64,000 bases of DNA. Source: Candidatus Methanomethylicia archaeon (GTDB lineage Archaea; Thermoproteota; Methanomethylicia; Culexarchaeales; Culexarchaeaceae). Below the pieces are notes generated by a model that made no database searches, was not told the origin of the DNA, and saw only the letters and a program-made list of their open reading frames with translations. The stretch lies in the NCBI GenBank assembly GCA_038727515.1, contig JAVYVS010000004.1, positions 52,619 through 116,618 of the forward strand, given 5' to 3'. Shown here piece by piece: positions 47,503 through 58,561 of this stretch. Position 1 is the first letter of the stretch. Each line of letters opens with the position of its first letter. Made by a program: the position numbers and the translations under genes.

Positions 47503-48625
47503 TAGTCCTCCCCCTACCATATTTACTCTCATCATAAAATGGCCATTTCACTATTTTAGCTTTTACTCTCCTTTCTCTAATCAATACTTCAATTTCCCTA
47601 TTTACTTCATCATATTGTGGTTTTATATATCCCATTCCTATTCCAACCTTTAATAATGGTGAATATGTTCCACTTGTCACTATACCTATCTTTTCATTTC
47701 CATACCATATTTCATAGTGTGGTCTAGGTATCCCTTGCTCAATCATCATTAATCCAATTCTAACCTTCTTTAAACCTTCCTCCAATTGTTTTTGTAATGC
47801 TTCTTTTCCAATAAATTTGTCTTTCTCCATTTTCACTGCATAATCCAATTTTGCTTCGAAGGGTGTTGTATCTTCATCTATATCATTTCCATATAATACT
47901 AAACCTGCTTCAAGTCTTAAAGTATCTCTAGCTCCTAAACCACATTCCTTTAATCCATACTCTTTTCCCGCATTGATAATCTCATTATAAACTTTTATGA
48001 AGTTATCTATTTCACTTCTGGGAATCCTCCAAAATGTTATTTCAAAACCATTTTCACCTGTATATCCAGAATTTGATATTATTACATCATACCCCGCGAT
48101 CTTAGTTGTGGTTAGCCTCCAGAATTTCACTTTACTTAAATCTACATCCACAAGTTTTTGCAGTGTTTTTTCAGCGTAAGGTCCTTGTAATGCTATCATT
48201 GGGACTTCAAAAGTTACATCTTCTATTTTAACATTGAATCCCATAGATTTTTGCATTAACCAATTGTATATTTTCTCTCTATTTGATGCATTGCATATTA
48301 ACACATATTTTTCTTCAGATATCTTCTGTAGCATTATATCATCCTTTATTCCACCATTTTCATTGCATATGAGAGAATAGTGCATTCTATTTACTCTCAA
48401 CTTTTCCACGTCATTTGTTGTTACATAGTTTAGGAATTGCGTTGAATCTACCCCTTCTATTAGCATTCTTCCCATATGTGATACATCAAATATTCCAACA
48501 TTATTTCTTACAGCTAAATGTTCTTCACTTATATTTGTAAACCATAGTGGCATTTTCCATCCTACGAAATCTATGATTTTTGCTCCTTTACTCTCAAATA
48601 GATCTGAGAGATGTGTTTTCAACAC
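47492..48625 (-). CDS. gcvT: Glycine cleavage system T protein
   Basis: EH.AVR...G.FDVSHMG, GYTGE.GFE and GLGARD.LRLEAG. Confidence 0.95.
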   Translation of the reverse strand: MLKTHLSDLFESKGAKIIDFVGWKMPLWFTNISEEHLAVRNNVGIFDVSHMGRMLIEGVDSTQFLNYVTTNDVEKLRVNRMHYSLICNENGGIKDDIMLQKISEEKYVLICNASNREKIYNWLMQKSMGFNVKIEDVTFEVPMIALQGPYAEKTLQKLVDVDLSKVKFWRLTTTKIAGYDVIISNSGYTGENGFEITFWRIPRSEIDNFIKVYNEIINAGKEYGLKECGLGARDTLRLEAGLVLYGNDIDEDTTPFEAKLDYAVKMEKDKFIGKEALQKQLEEGLKKVRIGLMMIEQGIPRPHYEIWYGNEKIGIVTSGTYSPLLKVGIGMGYIKPQYDEVNREIEVLIRERRVKAKIVKWPFYDESKYGRGRTNVP

Positions 48626-48678
48626 TATTTATCGCCAATTTAAGAATCTATTGCTTTAGCTTTTTATTTTTTCTATTG

Positions 48679-49689
48679 TTATTCATGTGGATCTACTATT
48701 CCTTCCTCCGTTATTTGGAATACTGCTTCTGCCTCTGGTAGATATGGGCTATCTACAAGTCTAGCTATCCTCTTATTCTCACTGCTCTTCCTAAGGTATA
48801 TTCTAGCTCCTGGAACGTGGAATAGTACATGTCCTCCAACAGCTCTTGTAGGATCTCCAAAGAATGCATCTGGTCTTGCCATTACTTGATTCGTTATGAA
48901 GACTGCTAGATTGAATATATCTGAAAGCCTTGCCAGTGTATGTAGGTGTCTATTTAACTTTTGTTGTCTATCCGCTAGACTTTCTCTTCCAAGATATTCT
49001 GCTCTGAAATGTCCAGTTACACTATCTACAACTATAAGTTTTATATTCTTTTCTTCAATTATATCCTTTGCTTGCTCTACCAATAGCATTTGATGATCTG
49101 AATTGTATGCTCTAGCAAATATTATGTTTTTTAATGCTTCTTTTGGATCTAATCCTTTAGCCATCGCCATAGATATTATTCTTTCAGGTCTAAATGTACC
49201 TTCACAATCTATGTATAATGCTCTTCCACTAAGTCCTCCTGCTTCTTGTGGTAATTGTACATTTACCGATAATTGATGTGCCAATTGAGTTTTTCCACTT
49301 CCAAATTCTCCAAAAACTTCTGTTATTGATTGTGTTTCTATTCCTCCTCCAAGTAGTCTATCCAAGTTTTTGCTTCCAGTGGTTATCCTATTCACCTTTA
49401 GTCTTTGTTCATATATTGTATCTGCAGTTTTAAATCCTATTTCTAATGCTGCTCTTGCTGCTACAATTATTTTTTGAGCAACCTTCTCCCCCAATCCTGT
49501 GGCTGCTGCTATTTCTGATGGTGTTGCTATTGCTATTGCTTCTAAAGTTTTATATCCTGCTTCTATTAATTTTTGTTCTGTTGCATGTCCAACTCCAGGT
49601 AAATCTGATATTGACTTTATCTTCCCCTTACCTTCTTTTTCATTTTTCTCTGGAATTTTTCCCGCCTCCCAAGTATTCTTATTAAACAC
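48679..49689 (-). CDS. radA: DNA repair and recombination protein RadA
   Basis: N-terminal HhH, F.TA motif, Walker [16 protein letters not shown] and RQQKLN.H; start uncertain. Confidence 0.96.
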   Translation of the reverse strand: MFNKNTWEAGKIPEKNEKEGKGKIKSISDLPGVGHATEQKLIEAGYKTLEAIAIATPSEIAAATGLGEKVAQKIIVAARAALEIGFKTADTIYEQRLKVNRITTGSKNLDRLLGGGIETQSITEVFGEFGSGKTQLAHQLSVNVQLPQEAGGLSGRALYIDCEGTFRPERIISMAMAKGLDPKEALKNIIFARAYNSDHQMLLVEQAKDIIEEKNIKLIVVDSVTGHFRAEYLGRESLADRQQKLNRHLHTLARLSDIFNLAVFITNQVMARPDAFFGDPTRAVGGHVLFHVPGARIYLRKSSENKRIARLVDSPYLPEAEAVFQITEEGIVDPHE

Positions 49690-49696
49690 TATATTT

Positions 49697-50944
49697 TTAA
49701 TCTTCCCATCTTCTCATATAATCAATTTGTTCTTTTGTTGGTTCATCTATTACTATTCCCATGGTATTTAATTTTAGTTTTGCTACCATTTGATCTATTT
49801 CCGTAGGCACTTCATATATTTTTGGTTTAAGTTTCCCTTTATTTTCCACTATGTATTTTACTGCTAATGCTTGATTTGAAAACGACATATCCATTACTTC
49901 GCTTGGATGCCCTTCTGCAGCTGCTAAGTTTACAAGTCTACCTTCAGCTATAAGGTATATCTTCCTTCCATCTTTTAGAGTATACTCATCTACGTTTTCT
50001 CTAATTCTCTCTTTAGATATTGATATGGACTCTAAATCCCTTAGATTTATTTCAACATTAAAGTGTCCACTATTGGCTAGTATAGCTCCATTCCGCATTT
50101 TCATAATATGTTCCTTCCTTATTACATTGATATTTCCTGTTGCAGTTATGAATATATCACCTATTTCAGATGCTTTCTCCATTGGTAGAACTATAAATCC
50201 ATCCATAACTGCTTCTAAAGCTTTTAATGGGTCTATCTCTGTGATTATTACATTTGCACCCATACCTCTAGCTCTCATAGCTATTCCTCTTCCACACCAT
50301 CCATATCCAGCTACTACAATATTTTTGCCAGCTAACAATACGTTTGTTGCTCTCATTATCCCATCTATTGTACTCTGCCCTGTTCCATACCTATTATCAA
50401 AGAGATATTTTGTTTTAGCATTGTTTACTGCTATCACTGGATATTTTAGTATCCCCTCATTTTCCATGGCTTTTATCCTTATAACTCCAGTTGTTGTTTC
50501 CTCTGTTCCTCCAATTATACTTTCTGCATATCCTAATTTATGGGCTTCAACAGTTATGTCTCCACCATCATCCATCGTTATTTGAGGTTTAAATTTTAAG
50601 GCCTCCCTTATATTATCCATGTATTCTTCTTCCGTTTCACCTCTCCATGCATATACTTCTATGCCTTCTTCAACTAATGCTGCTGCTACATCATCTTGTG
50701 TGGATAGGGGATTTGATGCTGTTAGGGTTATTTCCGCTCCTCCAGTCTTCAATGTATTAATTAATACTGCTGTTTCCTTTGTGACGTGTAAACATGCTGA
50801 TATCCTAATGCCTTTCAATGGTTTTTCCTCTTCAAATTTCCTTCTTATACTCATTAAAACCGGCATTCTTGATTCTGCAATTCTTATATTCTTCTTCCCC
50901 TTTTCAGCTAATTTTAGATCTCTTATTTTTGGAATTTCTCTCAC
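49697..50944 (-). CDS. ahcY: Adenosylhomocysteinase
   Basis: [33 protein letters not shown] and GHP.EVMD.SF. Confidence 0.96.
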   Translation of the reverse strand: MREIPKIRDLKLAEKGKKNIRIAESRMPVLMSIRRKFEEEKPLKGIRISACLHVTKETAVLINTLKTGGAEITLTASNPLSTQDDVAAALVEEGIEVYAWRGETEEEYMDNIREALKFKPQITMDDGGDITVEAHKLGYAESIIGGTEETTTGVIRIKAMENEGILKYPVIAVNNAKTKYLFDNRYGTGQSTIDGIMRATNVLLAGKNIVVAGYGWCGRGIAMRARGMGANVIITEIDPLKALEAVMDGFIVLPMEKASEIGDIFITATGNINVIRKEHIMKMRNGAILANSGHFNVEINLRDLESISISKERIRENVDEYTLKDGRKIYLIAEGRLVNLAAAEGHPSEVMDMSFSNQALAVKYIVENKGKLKPKIYEVPTEIDQMVAKLKLNTMGIVIDEPTKEQIDYMRRWED

Positions 50945-52296
50945 CTCTTTAACCTATTAATTAATTCCTCTTTAGCTTTTTCTGCTTCTATTAATGTACT
51001 TTCTTCATTTACTGTTTTAATTTCTCTATTCTCCATGATTATTCTTCCATCTATTATTACATGTTTTACATCTCCACATCTCACAGCATACACTATATGG
51101 CTTATTTCATTGTATATTGGTGTTAAATGTGGTTTCCTAAATTCTATTGCTACTATATCAGCCTTCTTTCCTATTTCTATGCTTCCTATAGTGTTGCTCC
51201 ATTTTAGGGCTTTTGCACCATTTATTGTTGCCATTTCAAGAGCTTTTACTGCTGGTATTACCGCTGGATTTAATGTAATCCCTTTTTGTAGTAATGCAGC
51301 AATCTTTATTGTTTCAAACATGTCTATTGTATTATTGGAGCATGGGCTATCCGTCCCTAATGATACTGTTATTCCTTCATCAACTAATTTCTTTATGGGG
51401 CTTATTCCAGATGCTAATTTTAAATTGCTTATTGGATTATGTGATACTTTAACCCTGTTTTTCTTCATTAATTCTATATCCACATCTGTTAACCATACGC
51501 AATGTGCCGCTAGTATGTTTTCAGATAAGAATCCTATTCGATTTAGGTATTCAAATATCCCTTTACTTGTATCTACACCATACTTTTCACTTACAATTTT
51601 TGCTTCTTCTCTAGTTTCCGCCACATGTATATGTATTATAACCTCTTCTTCACCACTATAATTCTCATTTAATTCATCTACATACTCCTTTATTTCCAAT
51701 AGGTTTTTTGGACTTACGGTATATGGTGCATGTGGGGATACTGCTACCTTTATCCTCCAATTCTCTTTCCCATGCCAATTCTCCACTAAATCTTTCATTA
51801 ACTTGTAATCTTCGTTTATCCTCCAATCGAAGAATACATGTGATATTACCCCTCTAAGCCCAGTTTCTTGTATTGCTTTTACCTCATTGTATTCATGTTT
51901 ATAGTGATACATACTGCATATAGTTGTTGTACCACTTTTAATGGCTTCTATAGCTGAAAGTTTAGCTCCAATGTATATATCTCTATCATTCATTTTTGCT
52001 TCTAGAGGCCATATCCATTTTTCAAGCCATTCATGTAATTGTAGATCATCTGCATAACCTCTAAGTAAGCTCATTGCCATATGTGTGTGGGTGTTTATTA
52101 ATCCTGGAATTATTATACAATCTCTTGCATCTATTTCATCATACCTATGGTATTCAGCCTTTATTCTGCTACTTTCACCAATATCCACTATATATCCGTC
52201 TTCAATTACTATATATCCATCTTTAATTATCCCTTTACTCCCCATGGTTACTATGGATTTCCCCCTAATCTTATATTGCATTGTTTCCACCGTCAA
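50941..52296 (-). CDS. 5'-methylthioadenosine/S-adenosylhomocysteine deaminase-like amidohydrolase
   Basis: NTHTH..M...RG..DD, PHAPY, H.AET, HNP.SN.KL.SG and GTD; upstream of ahcY. Confidence 0.85.
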   Translation of the reverse strand: MTVETMQYKIRGKSIVTMGSKGIIKDGYIVIEDGYIVDIGESSRIKAEYHRYDEIDARDCIIIPGLINTHTHMAMSLLRGYADDLQLHEWLEKWIWPLEAKMNDRDIYIGAKLSAIEAIKSGTTTICSMYHYKHEYNEVKAIQETGLRGVISHVFFDWRINEDYKLMKDLVENWHGKENWRIKVAVSPHAPYTVSPKNLLEIKEYVDELNENYSGEEEVIIHIHVAETREEAKIVSEKYGVDTSKGIFEYLNRIGFLSENILAAHCVWLTDVDIELMKKNRVKVSHNPISNLKLASGISPIKKLVDEGITVSLGTDSPCSNNTIDMFETIKIAALLQKGITLNPAVIPAVKALEMATINGAKALKWSNTIGSIEIGKKADIVAIEFRKPHLTPIYNEISHIVYAVRCGDVKHVIIDGRIIMENREIKTVNEESTLIEAEKAKEELINRLKR

Positions 52297-52349
52297 CCAT
52301 TACATTATATAGAAAACTTTATGTTTAATGTTTCCGTATATGGGGTGGA

Positions 52350-52778
52350 GTGATCTTATTGAAGAGGATAAGTGAGTATAGTTATGAAGAGCTTTTGAAT
52401 AGGGCTTTGTCTAAAGTTCCATCGGTGATTGGAGTTAAAAGTGTTTTTAATCTTCCTCAGATTAATGTTTCAATAATTGGTGGTAGAACTTTTATTAGTA
52501 ACTTTATGAATGTTGTTGATTATCTTAATAGAGATGTTAAACATGTTGTTAGTTTTCTTTCTAAGGAGATTGGTGCTGCTGGTGATATTGAAGGTGATAA
52601 GCTTATTCTACATGGTAGATATGATAGTTCAACCATAAATAATGTTTTATTAAAGTATGCCAAAAAGTACGTTATATGTCCAGTTTGCAATTCAAAGGAT
52701 ACATATTTAATGAAGGAACGTAGGGTTTTATTGCTTGTTTGCACAGCTTGTGGAGCTAGAAGTAGTATTAGTGGTTAG
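52350..52778 (+). CDS. eif2b: Translation initiation factor aIF2 beta
   Basis: YEELL.R, T...NF and YV.C..C.S.DT...C.ACGA. Confidence 0.9.
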   Translation: MILLKRISEYSYEELLNRALSKVPSVIGVKSVFNLPQINVSIIGGRTFISNFMNVVDYLNRDVKHVVSFLSKEIGAAGDIEGDKLILHGRYDSSTINNVLLKYAKKYVICPVCNSKDTYLMKERRVLLLVCTACGARSSISG

Positions 52779-53108
52779 GTGTTAAATTTGAGTGAGAATT
52801 TAAAGGGGAAATTCTATGTTAATTGTTGGCGGTATGGAAAGGATTTTGTTGTTGTTGCATGTGATGCTGAGATTCTAGGTATGAGTTTTCAAAGTGGGGA
52901 TTTGAAGATTACTGTTAATAGAGAGTTTTATGGTGGTATGCTCTTAGATTCTGATGGAGCTTTAGAATATCTTAAATCTGCTTCCATAGGAAATATTATT
53001 GGTTCTAATATAGTTAAACTAGCTTTGGAAGCTGGATTAATCCATAAGGATGCTATAGTATTTATTGGCGGTCAACCTCACGCACAATTTATAAGGATAA
53101 TCCTCTAG
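52779..53108 (+). CDS. DUF424 family protein
   Basis: VA.CD.E.LG, FYGG, N..G and PHAQ; conserved position. Confidence 0.82.
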   Translation: MLNLSENLKGKFYVNCWRYGKDFVVVACDAEILGMSFQSGDLKITVNREFYGGMLLDSDGALEYLKSASIGNIIGSNIVKLALEAGLIHKDAIVFIGGQPHAQFIRIIL

Positions 53109-53130
53109 AAATTAATTTTATGGTGATTTA

Positions 53131-54216
53131 TTGACTAGGTTTTGCTGTATTTGTGGTAAATTTGAATCTCCAAATATGCCTTTAGTGGATAATATGTGTT
53201 GGGATTGTTATAAAACTAGGAATAGGTTAATTTCTGTACCTAGAGATCTAATTATGGAGTTTTGTAGTGTATGCGGATCTTATAAGCTTCATGGAACTTG
53301 GGTTATGTCAAATAAAGTTGAAGATGCTCTTTTAGCTTCAGCTATGGATTTTGTTGAGAAATATGTTAAATTGAATGGTGTAGGGGTTTTCTCAGTTTCT
53401 GAAGCTAGAAGAATTGGTCGTGGTAAAATTTCAGTTTTAGTACGTGCTCATGGTAGTGTAAATGTGAATATACCAGATTATGATGAGGAATTATGGGTTG
53501 AAATTTCTATTAAGCGTACTGTTTGTCCAAAGTGTTCTAGATTGGCTTCAGGGGTTTTTTCATCTATAGTTCAAGTGAGAGCTGATGGTAGAATGCTTAA
53601 TGATCATGAAATTAAATGTATTGATGAAATTGTTAGAAATATTCTTTTTAGGGAGTTTGGTAGAGGAGGATCCTCTAATTATAAGGTTGAGTATGTTCGC
53701 GGGGGGTTAGATTATAAATTTGATAGTTTTAGATTGGCTAGGAAGGTTGCTGATAGTATTCGAATTAATTTTGGAGCTTTTATTAAAGAGAGTCATAAAG
53801 TTATTGGTTTTAATGGTTCTAAGGGTTCTAAAATCTCTAGACTTTCTATTTCTGTTAGACTTCCAAAATTTACTTTTGGTGATATTCTGAATTTTAATGG
53901 TAGAATTCTTAGGTATGATGGTTTTAAGAATGGTAAATTCTCTTTCTATGATCTTAATTCTAATTCTCATTTCTCAGTAAATTATAAAGATGGATGGTCA
54001 AAGAAAATTGACATCCTATATAGGTGGGATGAGCTTCCTGAAGGTTTAATTGAATCTGTTTCAGATAATTTGGTTGAGATCTCTAATTCCATTGGTGAAG
54101 TTTTTCAAGCCTATAAACCCATAGCTTTTAATGTTAAATGTGGAGATCATGTTAAATTTATGGTTGTTGATGGTAAAATCATTATAATTTCCAAAGTTGA
54201 AACCTTTAAACATTAA
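53131..54216 (+). CDS. nmd3: NMD3 family ribosome biogenesis protein
   Basis: Four CxxC pairs, VQ.R, G.D and after DUF424. Confidence 0.85.
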   Translation: MTRFCCICGKFESPNMPLVDNMCWDCYKTRNRLISVPRDLIMEFCSVCGSYKLHGTWVMSNKVEDALLASAMDFVEKYVKLNGVGVFSVSEARRIGRGKISVLVRAHGSVNVNIPDYDEELWVEISIKRTVCPKCSRLASGVFSSIVQVRADGRMLNDHEIKCIDEIVRNILFREFGRGGSSNYKVEYVRGGLDYKFDSFRLARKVADSIRINFGAFIKESHKVIGFNGSKGSKISRLSISVRLPKFTFGDILNFNGRILRYDGFKNGKFSFYDLNSNSHFSVNYKDGWSKKIDILYRWDELPEGLIESVSDNLVEISNSIGEVFQAYKPIAFNVKCGDHVKFMVVDGKIIIISKVETFKH

Positions 54217-54245
54217 CCTTTTATTCATCTCTTAACAATTAGTAT

Positions 54246-54581
54246 ATGATATTCATGAGTAAGAAGGCTGGTGAGAATAGCGAGGTTAAACTTAGACCTT
54301 TAGGTGAAGGTGAAATTTTAGGGGTTATTGTCAACTTTTTGGGTTTTGATAGGGCTAGGGTTAAATGTGTTGATGGTAATGTTAGGATTTGTAGAATCCC
54401 TGGTAGATATCGTAAGAGATTATGGTTTAGGGAGGGTGATATTGTAGCTGTGGTTCCTTGGGATTTTCAACCGGATTCTAAGGGTGATATTGTTTGGAGA
54501 TATGAGAGGGATGAAATTAAAAAGCTTAAGGATGAAGGTCTTTTACCTAAGGATTTAGATCTTGATTCATTGAAGTTATAG
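54246..54581 (+). CDS. eif1a: Translation initiation factor aIF1A
   Basis: V.C.DG..R.CRIPG...KR.W..EGD.V...W....KGDI.WRY. Confidence 0.93.
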   Translation: MIFMSKKAGENSEVKLRPLGEGEILGVIVNFLGFDRARVKCVDGNVRICRIPGRYRKRLWFREGDIVAVVPWDFQPDSKGDIVWRYERDEIKKLKDEGLLPKDLDLDSLKL

Positions 54582-54590
54582 GTTTTATTT

Positions 54591-55373
54591 ATGAGTTGGG
54601 ATATTGATCGTGTAAAAGATGAACTTCATAAGATTGATCTTAGGAGGAAGAAAATTAAAGATTCAGAATTCTTTGAAACTGTAGAGGAAGTTTTTGATTA
54701 TTCTACTCTAATGATACTATATGATTTAATCAATAATGGTTTTATAGATGTAATGTATGGTGTAGTTAATTCTGGGAAGGAAGCTAGAATTTATTTTGCT
54801 AGGGATCGTAATGGTTTAGATTTAGCTGTTAAGATATATTTAACTTCAACTTCTGAGTTTAGGAAGGGGATGTTAACGTATATTATTGGTGACCCTAGAT
54901 TTAAGGTTTCTAGTAGAAAGACTAGAGATATAATTTATGTTTGGGCTAGGAAAGAATATTCAAATTTATCTAAGGCTTATGGTGTTGGTGTTAGAGTTCC
55001 AAAGCCGATAACCGTTAAAGGCAATGTTCTAGTTATGGAGTTTATTGGTGTTGATGGTGTTCCAGCTCCATTATTAAAGGATTATATACCTCTAAATGTT
55101 GATTCCTTCTTTAACGTTTTAATGGATTATGTTAGGAAGCTTTATGTTGATGCTAGACTTGTACATGGAGATCTAAGTGAATACAATATTATGGTTTTTA
55201 ATGATTCCCCTGTTTTAATAGATTTTGGTCAAGCAGTTGATTTAAGTCATCCAATGGCTGAAGAATTATTAGTTAGAGATATTAATAATTTATTGGAGTT
55301 TTTCTCAGATGTAGGTGTTGATACTCCTGATTTAGAAGAGGCTTTATCATGGGTGAAGGGTGTAAAGAGATGA
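54591..55373 (+). CDS. rio1: RIO1 serine/threonine kinase
   Basis: EEVFD, SGKEA, W..KE..NL, VHGDLSEYN and IDFGQAV. Confidence 0.93.
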   Translation: MSWDIDRVKDELHKIDLRRKKIKDSEFFETVEEVFDYSTLMILYDLINNGFIDVMYGVVNSGKEARIYFARDRNGLDLAVKIYLTSTSEFRKGMLTYIIGDPRFKVSSRKTRDIIYVWARKEYSNLSKAYGVGVRVPKPITVKGNVLVMEFIGVDGVPAPLLKDYIPLNVDSFFNVLMDYVRKLYVDARLVHGDLSEYNIMVFNDSPVLIDFGQAVDLSHPMAEELLVRDINNLLEFFSDVGVDTPDLEEALSWVKGVKR

Positions 55374-55951
55374 TTAGAGAATACATACCTATACCTCCCG
55401 ATAGAATTGGTGTTATAATTGGTGAAGGAGGTTCTACTAAATCCTATATTGAAAGTAGAACTGGAGTAAAGTTATTTATTGATTCATCTTCTAATTCTGT
55501 AATTATTGAAGCAGATCTTAATTCTATTCCATACGAGAATGTTATGAAAGCTAAGAATATCATTATGGCTATGGGGTATGGTTTTAGTCCTGAAAGAGCT
55601 TTTAGACTTTTTGATGACAATATTATTTTAGATGTTATTGATTTAACATTTTATGTTGGTTCATCAAGGAATCATCTTATGAGGGTTAAAGGTAGAATTA
55701 TTGGTGAAAATGGTAAAACTAGGAAGATAATTGAAGAGTATACCGACACTTATCTCTCCATTTATTCAAATTATGTTGCAGTTATAGGTTCATATGAAAA
55801 TGTTATGATAGTTAGAAGAGCTATTGAAATGCTTGCCTCCGGTAAGCCTCATAGTTCTGTATATAATTTCTTGGATAGAGAGAAGAGGATGCTTAAAAAA
55901 TTTGAGTTTGAATTATGGGAGAAAAAGGATTTTAGAAACACATTTAATTAG
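55370..55951 (+). CDS. KH-domain rRNA processing protein (Dim2/Pno1-like)
   Basis: IG..IG..G, GFSPERA, GRIIG..GK and G..H..VY. Confidence 0.9.
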   Translation: MIREYIPIPPDRIGVIIGEGGSTKSYIESRTGVKLFIDSSSNSVIIEADLNSIPYENVMKAKNIIMAMGYGFSPERAFRLFDDNIILDVIDLTFYVGSSRNHLMRVKGRIIGENGKTRKIIEEYTDTYLSIYSNYVAVIGSYENVMIVRRAIEMLASGKPHSSVYNFLDREKRMLKKFEFELWEKKDFRNTFN

Positions 55952-55982
55952 ACTTTAGCTACATAAATTTATTAGATATATA

Positions 55983-57503
55983 ATGTATGAAGGTGTTAAG
56001 GAAGTTTATGAAGCTATAAGTCCAGCAGACTTTTTCTATCGTAATAAGGAGATTGCAGGTTTTGATAATCCTGTTAGAGCTACATACACCATAATACGTG
56101 AATTAGTGGAGAATTCTCTTGATGCTTGTGAAACTCATGGGATTTTACCTAATGTTTATGTGGGTTTAACTGAAACTGAGAAGACTGGTGTATATAGGAT
56201 TAGGGTTGAAGATAATGGTTGTGGGATTCCTAAAGATTATATTCCATTAGCTTTTGGACAGATACTTTTTGGTTCTAAGTATGTTTTGAGGCAGAGTAGG
56301 GGTATGTTTGGTCTTGGAGGTAAAATGGCCATATTATATGGGCAGATAACAACCCATAGTTCTGTTAAAGTTGTTAGTTCTACTGGTGGCCCATTGAAAT
56401 ATCAATGTGAGCTTATGATAGATATACAATATAATAAGCCTATACTTCTACGTGGAGGGATTAAGAGTCTTCCAAATCCATTATATTGGCATGGTACTAT
56501 TGTTGAATTTGAATTTGAAGGTGATTACTCTAGAGCTAAGAGTAGGATCATAGACTATTTTAAGCAGACTGCAATAATACTTCCATATGCCACTATATCC
56601 TTTATAACTCCTGAGGGGGTTTATTATAAGTTTCTAAGGGTTACTGATGAACTTCCAAATATACCTAAAGAGGTTTTACCACATCCTAAGGGTGTTGATG
56701 TTGAATTAATTAAAAGGTTAATTAAGAGGACGAGAAGTGAAAAGATGGTTGAATTCCTATCATATAATTTTCATAGGGTTGGTAGGAAGACTGCATATGA
56801 TCTATTGAAGTATGCTAATATAGACCCTGAGAAGAACCCTAGGGATTTATCTTCTGATGAAATTGTTAGACTTGTCAATGCCATGAAGAAATATGATGAT
56901 TTCCTACCTCCAGATGCATCGTGTCTTTCACCAATAGGTCCGAATCTACTCGTTAAAGGTATTGAAAAAGAACTTAAACCTGAATTTGTTTATGCTGTTC
57001 AACGTAAACCATCATCATATTCAGGTCATCCATTCATAGTGGAAGCTGCAATAGCTTATGGTGGTGGTATACAACCTCCAAAACCCGGTGAAATAAATCT
57101 ATACAGATATGCTAATAAGATTCCACTTCTCTATGATACTGCAAGTGACGTTTCCTTTAAGGTTATTAAATCCATTAAGTGGAATAGGTATAAACTTGAT
57201 TTAAATATGCCAATAGCCTTTTTAGTTCATATAGTTTCAACTAAAATTCCATATAAGACTGTGGGTAAAGAGTTTATTGCAGATATACCTGAAGTTGCAT
57301 ATGAAATTGAATGGGCAATTAAGACTTGTGCTAGAAAGCTTAAATCATATTTAACTAGTAAAGCTCGTAGAATTGCATTGGAGCGTAGAGTTCATGTATT
57401 AGAGAAATACCTGCCTAAAATAGCTCAATTTGCAAGTGAACTTGCAGGTAAAGATCCTTCATCTATAGATGTTAATATGCTTTTGAGGAGGATTAAAAGA
57501 TGA
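55983..57503 (+). CDS. top6B: DNA topoisomerase VI subunit B
   Basis: S.A.FF..N..IAGF, E.VENSLDA, DNG.G, QSRG.FG.G and RYAN.IPL. Confidence 0.96.
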   Translation: MYEGVKEVYEAISPADFFYRNKEIAGFDNPVRATYTIIRELVENSLDACETHGILPNVYVGLTETEKTGVYRIRVEDNGCGIPKDYIPLAFGQILFGSKYVLRQSRGMFGLGGKMAILYGQITTHSSVKVVSSTGGPLKYQCELMIDIQYNKPILLRGGIKSLPNPLYWHGTIVEFEFEGDYSRAKSRIIDYFKQTAIILPYATISFITPEGVYYKFLRVTDELPNIPKEVLPHPKGVDVELIKRLIKRTRSEKMVEFLSYNFHRVGRKTAYDLLKYANIDPEKNPRDLSSDEIVRLVNAMKKYDDFLPPDASCLSPIGPNLLVKGIEKELKPEFVYAVQRKPSSYSGHPFIVEAAIAYGGGIQPPKPGEINLYRYANKIPLLYDTASDVSFKVIKSIKWNRYKLDLNMPIAFLVHIVSTKIPYKTVGKEFIADIPEVAYEIEWAIKTCARKLKSYLTSKARRIALERRVHVLEKYLPKIAQFASELAGKDPSSIDVNMLLRRIKR

Positions 57504-58561
57504 AGAGGGAAGAAGTTTTAGCTAGGTTAAGAGAGTTTGGATTAGAATTATATGAACAAATTTCTAGAGGTGAATTTCCAAGGGTTAGATTGAAGAGTAG
57601 AACATTAAATAACATTGTTTATGATGATGAATTAAAACAATTCATTTTGGGAGATAAAACTGTTGTTAGAAGTGGAGCTAATATTCGTCAAATAGGTTCA
57701 TTGACACAACTTGTTTGGGTTGCCTTTTTCGCTTATAAATCTTTAATTGCCAATCAACCAACAACTCTTAGGGACTTATACTATAATTCAGAGGCCTTCG
57801 GAATAGAGTTTAAGGATCAGCATGAATCTAATGAGATAGTTTCAGATCTTGAAACTGTACTTGGAATTCCAAGAGAGGATTTCATGATATACCCTGAAGA
57901 ACGTAGTGCAGTTTTTGGAGATTTAGTTATAGAATATACACATCCAGATCCTGATTATTATGGTAAGAGGGTTAATTTATCTTCACATCCCGATGGGATG
58001 ATGATAGGGCCATCACTTTTATCAGCTGAATTTATTGATTGTAGTGCTGATAAGGTTATAGCTATAGAAACTGGAGGTCTCTTTACAAGATTCATTGCGG
58101 AGAAAGTTCATAAGAGGTTTAATGCAATATTGATTCATACAGCGGGGCAAGCACCTAGATCTACCCGTAGATTTATTAGGAGGCTTAATGTGGAACTTGG
58201 ATTACCAGTTTATATATTGACTGATGCTGATCCTTGGGGTATGCATATAGCTATGGTTATAATTTCCGGTTCAGCTAATGCTGCTCATATCACTGAATTG
58301 AATACTCCAGATGCTAAGTGGATTGGTGTTTGGGCAACGGATATAACTAGGTATAAACTTCCCACGGAGCCTATGGATGATAGGGATATGGCTAGACTTG
58401 AAGTTTTGAGGAGAGATCCAAGATATAGAGATCCATTCTGGTCTAGGGAGATCGATGAATTTATTAGGTTGAAGCGTAAAGCTGAGCAGCAAAGCTTTAG
58501 TAGATATGGTTTGTCATATGTTGTTGATAAATATTTACCTGATAAATTAGGTCTTAAATGA
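57500..58561 (+). CDS. top6A: DNA topoisomerase VI subunit A
   Basis: TLRDLYY, IET.G, G...R.TR, D.DPWG and KAEQQ. Confidence 0.96.
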   Translation: MKREEVLARLREFGLELYEQISRGEFPRVRLKSRTLNNIVYDDELKQFILGDKTVVRSGANIRQIGSLTQLVWVAFFAYKSLIANQPTTLRDLYYNSEAFGIEFKDQHESNEIVSDLETVLGIPREDFMIYPEERSAVFGDLVIEYTHPDPDYYGKRVNLSSHPDGMMIGPSLLSAEFIDCSADKVIAIETGGLFTRFIAEKVHKRFNAILIHTAGQAPRSTRRFIRRLNVELGLPVYILTDADPWGMHIAMVIISGSANAAHITELNTPDAKWIGVWATDITRYKLPTEPMDDRDMARLEVLRRDPRYRDPFWSREIDEFIRLKRKAEQQSFSRYGLSYVVDKYLPDKLGLK

